Assembly: GCA_001775995.1 (NCBI GenBank)
Contig: MEZH01000007.1
Span: forward strand, 9,725 to 73,724
Direction of reading: 5' to 3'
Source: Candidatus Bathyarchaeota archaeon RBG_16_48_13
Lineage (GTDB): Archaea > Thermoproteota > Bathyarchaeia > RBG-16-48-13
Length of the DNA: 64,000 nt
Part shown: one piece after another, positions 17,764 through 26,474 of the stretch
Layout: each line of letters starts with the position of its first letter
Position numbering within the stretch: the stretch's first letter is position 1
Made by a program: the position numbers and the translations under genes
The notes under the pieces: model-generated
What the model was told of the DNA's origin: nothing
Seen by the model: only the letters and a program-made list of their open reading frames with translations
Database searches by the model: none

Positions 17764-18921
17764 ATGGCGCACGAGTTCTGGGCACCCCGCACTATAGTCA
17801 CTGGGGCTGGGTGCGCGAAAGAGGTTGGAAAGCAGGCAAAATCATTAGGAGGCTCAAGGACTCTCCTCGTAACGGACAAAGGAGTCAGAGCCATCGGTCT
17901 CGTGGATCAAGTGGTTAGAGCTATAGAGACCTCGGGTCTCATGGTTGAGGTATTTGACGACGTCCCAAGGGAACCTGAGATGGGTTTCGTGGAGTCCGGG
18001 CTTGAGATTTTCAAGAGATCTCAGTGCGACGTCATTGTTACCCTTGGGGGCGGAAGCCCCATGGATGTTGCCAAGGCAATAGCAGTCCTGGCGACCTCAG
18101 GAGGTTCCGTGAGAGATTACGAAGGTCAAGGGAAGGTTCTCCAAGCTAAAGCCCCGCTCATAGCCATGCCTACAACCGGTGGAACGGGGAGCGAGGTCAC
18201 TAGGTTCACCATAGTGACTGACGTTGAAAGGAAGAGGAAAATGTTGATAGGGGATCCGAAGCTGATCCCTGAGGTCGCGATCTGTGACCCAACATTCAGC
18301 CTGACTGTGCCGCCCTCTCTGACCATAGGAACTGGAATGGACGCCCTAACACACGCAATCGAGGCTTTCGTCTCGGTTAGAGCTCAGCCGATCACCGATC
18401 ACCTGTGCCTTGCCGCGATCAAGCTAATCTCCCGGAGCATCCGTAGAGCGTGGAAGAGCGGTAATGATTTGGAAGCCCGGGGCGACATGATGATGGGATC
18501 CACACTGGCAGGCCTCGCCTTCAGCAACTCCTCCGTCGCACTGGTCCACGGCATGTCCCGTCCTATTGGAGCTCACTTCCACCTGCCTCATGGCCTATCG
18601 AACGCCGTGCTCCTTCCGACCGTTATGGAATACAGCAGTGAGGGCAACCCCGAGAAATACGGTGAGATCGCCGCGGCCATGGGGGAAAGAACGGAAGGGT
18701 GCTCATCCGTGGAAGCAGCGAGATCGTCCGTGACCGCCATAAGAAGACTCTCGCTGGACCTTGAAGTCCCGACTTTGAGCGGGGTCGGTATCGACCGATC
18801 AGAGTTGAGGAGACTGGCGCCTAAGATGGCAGAGGACGCGCTCGCAAGCGGAAGCCCCGGCAACAACCCCCGGAGAGCCAGCAAAGAGGACATAGTCGCG
18901 CTCTACGAAAAAGCGTACTGA
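17764..18921 (+). CDS. Iron-containing alcohol dehydrogenase
   Basis: GGGSPMD, PTTGGTGSEVT, DALTHAIE, LVHGMS...HFHLPHG. Confidence 0.95.
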   Translation: MAHEFWAPRTIVTGAGCAKEVGKQAKSLGGSRTLLVTDKGVRAIGLVDQVVRAIETSGLMVEVFDDVPREPEMGFVESGLEIFKRSQCDVIVTLGGGSPMDVAKAIAVLATSGGSVRDYEGQGKVLQAKAPLIAMPTTGGTGSEVTRFTIVTDVERKRKMLIGDPKLIPEVAICDPTFSLTVPPSLTIGTGMDALTHAIEAFVSVRAQPITDHLCLAAIKLISRSIRRAWKSGNDLEARGDMMMGSTLAGLAFSNSSVALVHGMSRPIGAHFHLPHGLSNAVLLPTVMEYSSEGNPEKYGEIAAAMGERTEGCSSVEAARSSVTAIRRLSLDLEVPTLSGVGIDRSELRRLAPKMAEDALASGSPGNNPRRASKEDIVALYEKAY

Positions 18922-18949
18922 GATGAGACGGGGCGTTCGGACTCCTATT

Positions 18950-19384
18950 CTACAAGCTTCTAAGACGGGCTTCCCGTTCTGCACTATTCCGTGCCAGCTT
19001 CTCCAAGGTTCTGCTGACCTCAGGCAAGAACTTCGTCTTGTTGGCCGAATCGGAATAGAACCGTCCCATTCGCTTCTCAAGTTCAATGGCCACTTTCAGG
19101 TTGTTCGCCTCGTCAGGAGCATAGGAAGCGTTAACAAGGTATTCTGTCCGATCCAAGCCGGAGATACGCTCCAGGATCATCTCGACAACGCCCTCCCTCC
19201 GGGTCCTCTCCAACAGCTCCCGGCGCTTCCTATTTCCTTCTGCAAGTTCCTTGAGGATGTCCATGGAAAGGTGATGCTCATCCCTCTCGGAAAGGCGTTC
19301 GTAGAAGGTTCTGGCAGTGTCCTCAAGATTGATCGCGAAGGTGAGGACCGAGCCGAAAGTGTTCAACTCGGAGTTTGAGGTCAA
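18950..19384 (-). CDS. Ferritin-like / rubrerythrin-family four-helix protein
   Basis: AINLEDTARTFY and AIELEKRMGRFY helix repeats. Confidence 0.75.
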   Translation of the reverse strand: MTSNSELNTFGSVLTFAINLEDTARTFYERLSERDEHHLSMDILKELAEGNRKRRELLERTRREGVVEMILERISGLDRTEYLVNASYAPDEANNLKVAIELEKRMGRFYSDSANKTKFLPEVSRTLEKLARNSAEREARLRSL

Positions 19385-19390
19385 GGCGGG

Positions 19391-20881
19391 CTAGAACCAC
19401 CTTGATATGACAACCTTTCTCTCGGTGAAGAAGTCCACAACCTCGCCGCCCTGGCCGTGAAGGTCGCCGAAGAATGAGTCCTTCATTCCGCCGAAGGGAA
19501 AGAGCGCGATGGGAGCGGCTATCCCTATGTTGACGCCGATGTTGCCGCACTGAACCTTGTACTTGAACTCGCGGGCCCATTTGCCGCTAGACGTGAATAT
19601 TGAGGCAGCGTTGCCGTAGGGACTTGAATGGATTATGTCAATTGCTTGCCCCAGATTCTCAACTCTCACAATCGCGGCCACTGGGCCGAAAATCTCCTCC
19701 TTAGCTATGGTCATATTAGGACGAACCTCGTCGAAGACAGTTGGACCGATGAAATTCCCGCCAGGGCAGTCTTCGACCCTCACTTTTCGTCCATCCAACA
19801 GGAGCCTGGCGCCCTCCGCCTGACCTTTCTCAATGTAGGAGAGTACCCGCTCCATGTGCTTCTTTGATATGACGGGGCCCATCTGAACCGACTCGTCGAG
19901 ACCGTACCCCACCTTGATCTTTGAGGCAGCTTCCACGAAGTTGTCCCGCAAGTCCTCGTAGACCCCGCCCACTGGAAGCAGGACCGATCCGGACAAACAC
20001 CTCTCTCCCGCGCAGCCATAGAAGGAGGTCATGAGGGTGGCCACGGTCTTGTCTAAGTTTGCGTCAGGCATGACAACCATGAAGTTCTTTGCCCCTCCTT
20101 GGCATTGGACCCTCTTGCCCTTCTCCGCCGCCCTTCTGTAGATGTATTTGGCCACGGAAGTAGAGCCAACAAAGGAGACCCCCCTGATGACCGGACTGTC
20201 CAAAAGGGCATCGACTACCTCCTTCGAGCCGTTGACCAGGTTCACGACGCCTGGGGGAAAGCCAGCCTCGTCCACGAGTTCAAGAACCTTGTTTTGGGTA
20301 AGGGGCACCTGCTCTGAAGGCTTAATCACGTAGGTATCGCCGCATGCTACCGCGTAGGGCATGAACCAGAGAGGCACCATGGCTGGGAAGTTGAATGGAG
20401 CGACGCAGCAGAAGACGCCCGTGGGTTGTCGAACGCACTCCTCGTCCACCTCGTTCGTGATGTCCTCAAGGTTGTAACCCATCATCTGGGAGGACATCCC
20501 CGTGGCAGCATCCACGTTTTCGATGGCTCTCCTGACCTCCCCTCTGGATTCATCTATCGTCTTACCCTCCTCTTGCACCAAGATGCGGGACATCTCCTCG
20601 AAGTGCTCCTCAAGGAGTCCTTTCAACCTGAAAAGATATCTCGCCCTAGTCATTGGTGGGGTCGATCTCCACTCCCAGAAAGCTTCCTGCGCGGACTTAA
20701 TAGCCGCCTCCACCTCGCCAACTGTCGACAAAGGAACCTTAGCTATGATTCCGCCTGTGGCAGGGTTTACAACATCAAGAACCTGACTGGACTCGGAAGC
20801 GGTCCATCTCCCGTTAACGTAGTTCATGACCTGACCATAATTCTTCTTGACCTCGGCTAGAATAGTTCCCGACCTCTCCAT
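19391..20881 (-). CDS. mmsA: CoA-acylating (methyl)malonate-semialdehyde dehydrogenase
   Basis: PFNFPAMVPLW, SFVGST, GGAKNF, GCAGERCLS, EEIFGP, FPFGGMKDSFFGD. Confidence 0.93.
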   Translation of the reverse strand: MERSGTILAEVKKNYGQVMNYVNGRWTASESSQVLDVVNPATGGIIAKVPLSTVGEVEAAIKSAQEAFWEWRSTPPMTRARYLFRLKGLLEEHFEEMSRILVQEEGKTIDESRGEVRRAIENVDAATGMSSQMMGYNLEDITNEVDEECVRQPTGVFCCVAPFNFPAMVPLWFMPYAVACGDTYVIKPSEQVPLTQNKVLELVDEAGFPPGVVNLVNGSKEVVDALLDSPVIRGVSFVGSTSVAKYIYRRAAEKGKRVQCQGGAKNFMVVMPDANLDKTVATLMTSFYGCAGERCLSGSVLLPVGGVYEDLRDNFVEAASKIKVGYGLDESVQMGPVISKKHMERVLSYIEKGQAEGARLLLDGRKVRVEDCPGGNFIGPTVFDEVRPNMTIAKEEIFGPVAAIVRVENLGQAIDIIHSSPYGNAASIFTSSGKWAREFKYKVQCGNIGVNIGIAAPIALFPFGGMKDSFFGDLHGQGGEVVDFFTERKVVISRWF

Positions 20882-20994
20882 AACGTGAATACCCTCTGAG
20901 GACTGTTAGGCAACTCTTTTTTATTAGACTTGCCCAGATATCAGAGCACAACCAAGACGAAGTTGCTGAACTGAATTATTGGTTGGGATTTCCC

Positions 20995-21423
20995 ATGAGA
21001 TTTCTTGAGTCCAAGCTCGGAAGAACATTTCTGGTAAGATTGGAGCACGAGTCAGATCTTTTGAATTCCATAAAGAAGATCGCTGAAGAGCGCGGGATAC
21101 AGACAGCTCAGTTCTTCGCCATAGGCGCCGTCAAAAAAGCCGCATTCAGCTTCTACGACCAGAGGGCGAAGAAGTACATTCAAGAAGAAGTACGGGGGGA
21201 ATTAGAGCTGCTCTCCTGCCTCGGGAACATATCGAAGATGGAAGGAAAGACCATAGTACATGCCCACGTCGCACTATCAGACTCGCGAGGAAAGTTCTAC
21301 GGAGGACACTTGACCGAGGGAACAGTGGTCTTTGCTGGAGAGGTGTCAATGACAGAGCTGATGGGTCCGAGTCTAGAGCGGAAATTCGATGAAGTAACGG
21401 GACTCAATCTGTTCGATCTCTAG
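20995..21423 (+). CDS. PPC/DUF296 domain protein
   Basis: ELLSCLGNIS, HAHVALS, GGHL, GEV motifs. Confidence 0.92.
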   Translation: MRFLESKLGRTFLVRLEHESDLLNSIKKIAEERGIQTAQFFAIGAVKKAAFSFYDQRAKKYIQEEVRGELELLSCLGNISKMEGKTIVHAHVALSDSRGKFYGGHLTEGTVVFAGEVSMTELMGPSLERKFDEVTGLNLFDL

Positions 21424-21458
21424 ACCCCTCTCTTGGCCCGTTAGCAGATCAAGTCATA

Positions 21459-21899
21459 CTACAAGGACTTGATCCACTCATACGCGACGGTATCGTATTC
21501 CTGCTCCTTCAGGGTTAGGGCTTCCACGAAATCTTCAAGGACTCTGTGGTGGCGGTACTCGTCCATAGCTATATGCTTGAAAACTGATTTGATCCTCGGA
21601 TCGGAGATCTTCTCCATTAGCGAATTGATCCTCTCCAAGACTTCTTCTTCGTCCTTGGCGTGTTTCTTCATGGTCTCCAGGATGGTTGACTTCTCGGGGT
21701 CGCTCACGAACTCGGTCTCCTTCTCCAAATCTATGAGGGCCTGATACAGCAAGGCGTGCTTCAATGAGTCCAGGGCCAGCGCCTTCACTATGCACTGTGC
21801 CACGGACTTCACCGGGCTGTCCTCAAGTATTTTCGCCAATCTGAGCTCCATCTTCTTCTGGTCTTCAAGGATTTCCAGCAGGGTTTGATCTCTTTCCAA
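21459..21899 (-). CDS. Ferritin-like / rubrerythrin-family protein
   Basis: ALDSLKHA, HAKDEEE and IAMDEYRHH (ExxH-type ligand pattern). Confidence 0.8.
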   Translation of the reverse strand: MERDQTLLEILEDQKKMELRLAKILEDSPVKSVAQCIVKALALDSLKHALLYQALIDLEKETEFVSDPEKSTILETMKKHAKDEEEVLERINSLMEKISDPRIKSVFKHIAMDEYRHHRVLEDFVEALTLKEQEYDTVAYEWIKSL

Positions 21900-21920
21900 A
21901 ATAGCGCGCCTCCAAACAAC

Positions 21921-22304
21921 TCATTCCTTTTTAGATAATGATCCTCTCTCATATGAACCCGACGCGGGTTTCTTTAGCGGTATCATACAGAGGAACTTGA
22001 GAGGCTTCGTCCCGTCGTTCTTGAATTGATGTACCTCGTTCTTAGGGACCAGCACAACGGTTCCCTTGCCCAATGTTTCTTTACTCTTTTCTCCCTTTAT
22101 GTAGCCCTTCCCCTCAAGGACGAAGACTTCATGCTCCCATTCGTGACTGTGATGGGCGCTGGACCCTCCAGGCGCTATCTCGATGAGCCTCATAGAGAAG
22201 TTCTCCGCCCCGTTAGCTTCGTTGATCAACCATCTGATCTTGGCCTTGTCGCCATCAGCATTCTGAGCCGCAACCTCTTTGAAGTTGAACGTTTTCAATC
22301 TCAC
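21921..22304 (-). CDS. Cupin domain protein
   Basis: HHSHEWEHEVFVLEG and PKNEVHQFKN cupin motifs. Confidence 0.93.
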   Translation of the reverse strand: MRLKTFNFKEVAAQNADGDKAKIRWLINEANGAENFSMRLIEIAPGGSSAHHSHEWEHEVFVLEGKGYIKGEKSKETLGKGTVVLVPKNEVHQFKNDGTKPLKFLCMIPLKKPASGSYERGSLSKKE

Positions 22305-22417
22305 GCACCCGCAGACTAGATTGGAGGATTTCGCCTCATAAGTCTAATGGACGAAATGGAATTGACAGACTCTGATTTTGTAAATGCTTATTTTTGAAGC
22401 CAGCTAGAAAGGAACAT

Positions 22418-23104
22418 ATGCGAATAGTCGCGGCTGACTCGGGCTCTGCAACCCTGAACAAGCAGTTCGAGCCGGAAGCTATTGCGGCCCTGGCAGCTGT
22501 CTTGGTGGAGCACCCGTACAACGGTGCAAGCGATGTCATTGCCAAATCCTTACTCGAAGAGGGATCACCGAAGACCTCTTTCGTTGAGGAGCTCTCCATA
22601 TGCAGAGAACTCTTGAAGAAGAAAGGCGCCGACGAGGTTCACCTGGATATCACCCTCGGCGGCGTACACCTCAACGAGCTGACAGAGTCCAAGCTCAGAG
22701 ATATCGCCGCAAGCAGATGGGCTCGAGAAAATGTAAAGAAAGTTCTCCCTGAACTGAGGAAGATGTCACACGACATCAAAAGGATCTATGGTGTGGAGGT
22801 CTTAGCCTTGGGCAAGGAGAGCATCCCCGTGAGGATAGCGGAACTGACTGCTGGCGCGTTCTCGGTTCTCTACGCCTCCGAGAAATCAATGGAAGAACAT
22901 AAGCAGCTCTTGCTCGGCTTGCCGACAAGCTGCAACCTCAAACGCTACGAGCGAGGGGTCCTACTCCAATCGCTCCTGCCCAACGAGCATGAGGTCAGAG
23001 GTTTTGCCGAAGATCCCGAAGAGATCCTCTCAAAGGTCAATGTGGTTGAGATATTGAACCCCAAAACGCGGGGGTTCAGGACATTGGAGATCGCGCCGAG
23101 GTAA
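22418..23104 (+). CDS. Conserved archaeal protein (DUF4152-like)
   Basis: MRIVAADSG...AAVLVEHPY, VHLDITLGG, KESIPVRIAELTAG, LGLP; family recalled from memory. Confidence 0.7.
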   Translation: MRIVAADSGSATLNKQFEPEAIAALAAVLVEHPYNGASDVIAKSLLEEGSPKTSFVEELSICRELLKKKGADEVHLDITLGGVHLNELTESKLRDIAASRWARENVKKVLPELRKMSHDIKRIYGVEVLALGKESIPVRIAELTAGAFSVLYASEKSMEEHKQLLLGLPTSCNLKRYERGVLLQSLLPNEHEVRGFAEDPEEILSKVNVVEILNPKTRGFRTLEIAPR

Positions 23105-23149
23105 CGGCGCCAGCGAGTTAGGACCTCCGTGAGTTTCCGACCTGCCCCT

Positions 23150-23749
23150 CTAAAGCCTGAGAGCCTTGTAGACCTTGGATTTCCTGCTTTCGACCAAGGC
23201 TGCCAACCTCGCATGAAGGTTGTTGCCCTCCGAGTCTATGGCAACCACTAGGGGCCCAAAGTCCTTGACCTCCAACATCCAGAGTGCCTCAGCCATTCCT
23301 AGGTCGAGCCAAGCCACATCTCTAACCGCCTTCACGGCCTTGGCTGCAAGGACTGCGGCTCCACCCGTGAAGACACAATATGCTCCACCGATTTCCCTCA
23401 AGGCTTGGGCGGTCTCAGGTCCCATCCCGCCCTTTCCGATGATGATTCTGGGCTGGAAATTCCGGATGAAGGCGGGCTCCACCAACTCCATCCTGCTGCT
23501 AGTGGTCGGACCTGCGGCAACAACTCTCCATTCGGACCCCTTTTTCTCCACAATGGGCCCGCAGTGAAACAAAGCAATGTTCTCAAAGGAGAAGGGCAGA
23601 GGTTTTCCTTCCCTAAGGTATTGGAGGGCTCGCTGATGAGCCATATCCCTAGCGGTGATGAGGACGCCGCTCAAGAAGAGGTGATCATTCATGCTGAGCC
23701 TTCTCGCATCTGCTTCACTCACCGGTGTGCGGAGTCTGATCGCAGCCAT
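23150..23749 (-). CDS. Class I fumarate hydratase / tartrate dehydratase, beta subunit
   Basis: TARDMAH, FHCGP, AGPTTSSRM, IGKGG, DLGMAEA; probable ATG at 23749. Confidence 0.93.
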   Translation of the reverse strand: MAAIRLRTPVSEADARRLSMNDHLFLSGVLITARDMAHQRALQYLREGKPLPFSFENIALFHCGPIVEKKGSEWRVVAAGPTTSSRMELVEPAFIRNFQPRIIIGKGGMGPETAQALREIGGAYCVFTGGAAVLAAKAVKAVRDVAWLDLGMAEALWMLEVKDFGPLVVAIDSEGNNLHARLAALVESRKSKVYKALRL

Positions 23750-23763
23750 GATTTTCTGACCCT

Positions 23764-24642
23764 CTACATGTAAATGACGTGACCATCCTCGTATATTCTG
23801 GCCGAGGCCTTTCTGGCCGCCCAGCATTGAATGTTCACGCCGACAGGCAGACTTGCAGTATGACAAAAGGCGATTTCAGCGTTGACGCCGAGACTGGTCG
23901 TGGAGCCTCCAAGTCCGCTGGGACCGATGCCGGTAGCATTTATGCCCGCGAGCAATTCCTCCTCAAGCTTCGCGATCTCCGGGTCTTGATGCCTGAGGCC
24001 AATCGGCCTTAGAAGCGCCCTCTTAGAGAGCTTCATCGCAAGGTCTGGGGAACCCCCGACTCCGATGCCGACGACCGACGGGGGGCAGGGTCCACCACCT
24101 GCCTTGATCACCGTGTCAATGACGAATTCCTTGACGCCTGCGATACCATCAGAAGGGAGGAGACTTCTGAAGGCACTCCTGTTCTCTGAGCCTGCGCCCT
24201 TTGGCAAGGCGGTGATCTCGAGGTATTCGTCTTCGGAGGCATCCCAGTCCACGATGGGGATGCCAAAGCCAGTGTTGTCTCCGCTGTTCTTTCTAGAGAA
24301 CGGGTGGACAGCGTTGGACCTGAGGGGTATACTAACTGTCGCCTTCCTCGTAGCCGCAGCGAGAGCTTCTCCGATTCTGACAAGCGATAGCGGCTTCTTT
24401 CCAAGCCTAACGTAGAAATAGAGGATGCCCGTGTCTTGGCAGATGGGAACACCCAGGCGTTCTGCTAGCTTAATGTTGTCCAAGATAGCTTTCAGCTGGA
24501 GCCGCCCATCCTCTTCTTTCTCCGTCCTATACGCTTTGGTCAAGGCCTCCCTTATGTCCGAAGGCAGCTCTATCACTGACTTTCTGATGAGCCTCAGCCC
24601 GGCTTCCTCGATTTCTTCGTAGAAATCCAAGTGATCACTCAC
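23764..24642 (-). CDS. Class I fumarate hydratase / tartrate dehydratase, alpha subunit
   Basis: PICQDTG, KGAGSEN, GPCPP, CHTA, CWAAR. Confidence 0.94.
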   Translation of the reverse strand: MSDHLDFYEEIEEAGLRLIRKSVIELPSDIREALTKAYRTEKEEDGRLQLKAILDNIKLAERLGVPICQDTGILYFYVRLGKKPLSLVRIGEALAAATRKATVSIPLRSNAVHPFSRKNSGDNTGFGIPIVDWDASEDEYLEITALPKGAGSENRSAFRSLLPSDGIAGVKEFVIDTVIKAGGGPCPPSVVGIGVGGSPDLAMKLSKRALLRPIGLRHQDPEIAKLEEELLAGINATGIGPSGLGGSTTSLGVNAEIAFCHTASLPVGVNIQCWAARKASARIYEDGHVIYM

Positions 24643-24721
24643 TACAAACCTAATTAGCAGGCGGTAATAGATTAACTAAAAGTTCAATCACAAGCCCTTG
24701 CCATTAAATTGTGTGAGAGGA

Positions 24722-25717
24722 ATGACCGAAGAACCAGAAGAGCTGCGGAGCAAGGCCAAGAAGCCCGTCATCTTAGAGGACTTGCCGGGCGTCGGCCCAA
24801 CCACAGCCGACAGGTTGAGAGAAGCTGGCTTTGCCACTATCGAGTCGCTGTCTATGGCAACCATCCGCGAGCTTGAACCTCTGGGCTTAGGTGAAAGACA
24901 GGCCGAGAAGATAATCGCAGAAGCCAGAAGTTCAGCGTCGTTGACCTTTCTGAGGGGCGATGAACTCCTGAAACTGAGGGAGAACATTCGCTTCCTCACC
25001 AGCGGAAGCAAAGCATTGGATGAGTTGTTGGGAGGAAAGGGGATTGAGACCCAGAGCATAACCGAGTTCTACGGCGAGTACGGGACCGGAAAGTCCCAGA
25101 TCTGCCATCAGCTGTGTGTCAACGTGCAGTTGCCCACAAAGCTAGGCGGCTTGGAGGGAGGCGCTCTATACATAGACACAGAGAACACCTTCAGGATCGA
25201 GAGGATCACGCAAATGGCAAGCCACCTAGGCCTCGACCCCTCTGAGATCCTCAGGGGAATAGTCTACGCAGAGGCGGTGAACTCCGATCACCAAATGCTC
25301 ATCCTCGAGAAGGCGGACAAATGGATAAAGGAGAACAACATTCGCCTTATCATTATCGATTCCTTGACGGCCCACTTCAGAAGTGAATACTTGGGCAGAG
25401 AGATGCTGGCCGAGAGGCAACAGTTGTTGAACAAACATATGCACAGGTTGATCAAGCTCTCCAGGGCGTTCAACACCGCCGCAGTGGTAACGAATCAAGT
25501 CATGGCCAAACCCGACACCTTCTTCGGGGAACCCCTGGCGCCGGTTGGCGGCCATATCGTTGCTCATACTTCCCACACTAGAGTGTCCCTACGTAGGCCG
25601 CCACAGGGGCAATCGCGGATTGCAAGGCTAGTTTCAAGCCCATACCTTCCCGAGGGCGAGAGGGTGTTCAAAGTCACCGAGAACGGGATTGAGGATATAG
25701 TTACAGAAGATCGTTGA
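24722..25717 (+). CDS. radA: DNA repair and recombination protein RadA
   Basis: HhH LPGVGP, Walker A GEYGTGKSQ, IDTENTF, FRSEYLGR...ERQQ, TNQV; no intein. Confidence 0.97.
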   Translation: MTEEPEELRSKAKKPVILEDLPGVGPTTADRLREAGFATIESLSMATIRELEPLGLGERQAEKIIAEARSSASLTFLRGDELLKLRENIRFLTSGSKALDELLGGKGIETQSITEFYGEYGTGKSQICHQLCVNVQLPTKLGGLEGGALYIDTENTFRIERITQMASHLGLDPSEILRGIVYAEAVNSDHQMLILEKADKWIKENNIRLIIIDSLTAHFRSEYLGREMLAERQQLLNKHMHRLIKLSRAFNTAAVVTNQVMAKPDTFFGEPLAPVGGHIVAHTSHTRVSLRRPPQGQSRIARLVSSPYLPEGERVFKVTENGIEDIVTEDR

Positions 25718-25724
25718 GGGAAAA

Positions 25725-26165
25725 ATGATGCCAGTTTCACTGTTGCTCACAACCAGATTCCTCCAGCTGCTTACCCAGAGAAGCATAGCAGAAGCTGAGA
25801 GAGTACTGGAAAGGATAAAGGAAAAAGCGGGAATACAAGATGAGAGAACCATGGGATACATGGCAGCCCTCCAGGGGGCCTTGATAGCCCTGAAGTCAAA
25901 TGATGATAGGTATGCGTTCATTATGAGAACGGATGCCGACGACAAGAGCATCAACAGATTCAAGAACGAGTTCATCAGACATGAAAGGAGCGAGATCCAC
26001 TCCGATTACGATCGCGGGTACTTCTCAGCATGGGCCGAGTACATGAGGGTTCTGTCCAAGACAGCCTCACGGAAGGTAACCGCACCACCCGAGAAGAAGC
26101 AGACCACGCTTGACAAATTCGAGGAGAGCCAAAAGCTGGGTCTAGAAGATGGCGATAGTGTTTAG
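25725..26165 (+). CDS. Conserved hypothetical helical protein downstream of radA
   Basis: 146-aa ORF 7 nt after radA; internal repeat GYMAAL / GYFSAW. Confidence 0.7.
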   Translation: MMPVSLLLTTRFLQLLTQRSIAEAERVLERIKEKAGIQDERTMGYMAALQGALIALKSNDDRYAFIMRTDADDKSINRFKNEFIRHERSEIHSDYDRGYFSAWAEYMRVLSKTASRKVTAPPEKKQTTLDKFEESQKLGLEDGDSV

Positions 26166-26441
26166 TACCGTCCAGACCAGGATCCATACGATGACATACG
26201 TTCCGACGCCTATCTGGATGAGCTTCCTTCTTCCCCCGACCGCGGCGACATCGATCTTGATCACGTCTCTAAGGAGGTAGTAGGAGGCAGCATATAACAG
26301 AACAGTGACAACAGCACCGAAGAAGCCACTGAGGTTCAGCACGAAAGGTGAGCATATTAGGGCAGATAGCATGGCGAGAATCACGCGGATCCAGTAGATC
26401 TGGTTTGAGGGCTTAATGTTTCGCAAAATCGGCAAGTTCAT
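26142..26441 (-). CDS. Small three-TM membrane protein, EMC6/Rab5ip-like
   Basis: YWIR..LAMLS...LNLSG..G ... RR.L...G..TY...W...WT.L pattern parallels eukaryotic EMC6. Confidence 0.7.
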   Translation of the reverse strand: MNLPILRNIKPSNQIYWIRVILAMLSALICSPFVLNLSGFFGAVVTVLLYAASYYLLRDVIKIDVAAVGGRRKLIQIGVGTYVIVWILVWTVLNTIAIF

Positions 26442-26474
26442 CCGCGATCAAACCTTGAAGGGAGATATTAGATT

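Noticed and set aside
18950-21899. Ferritin-like proteins as encapsulin cargo
   Set aside because: No LxVGSL-type targeting peptide at either terminus and no encapsulin shell gene in the window.
24722-25717. Inteins in RadA (or the visible part of CDC48)
   Set aside because: Normal lengths and contiguous motifs.
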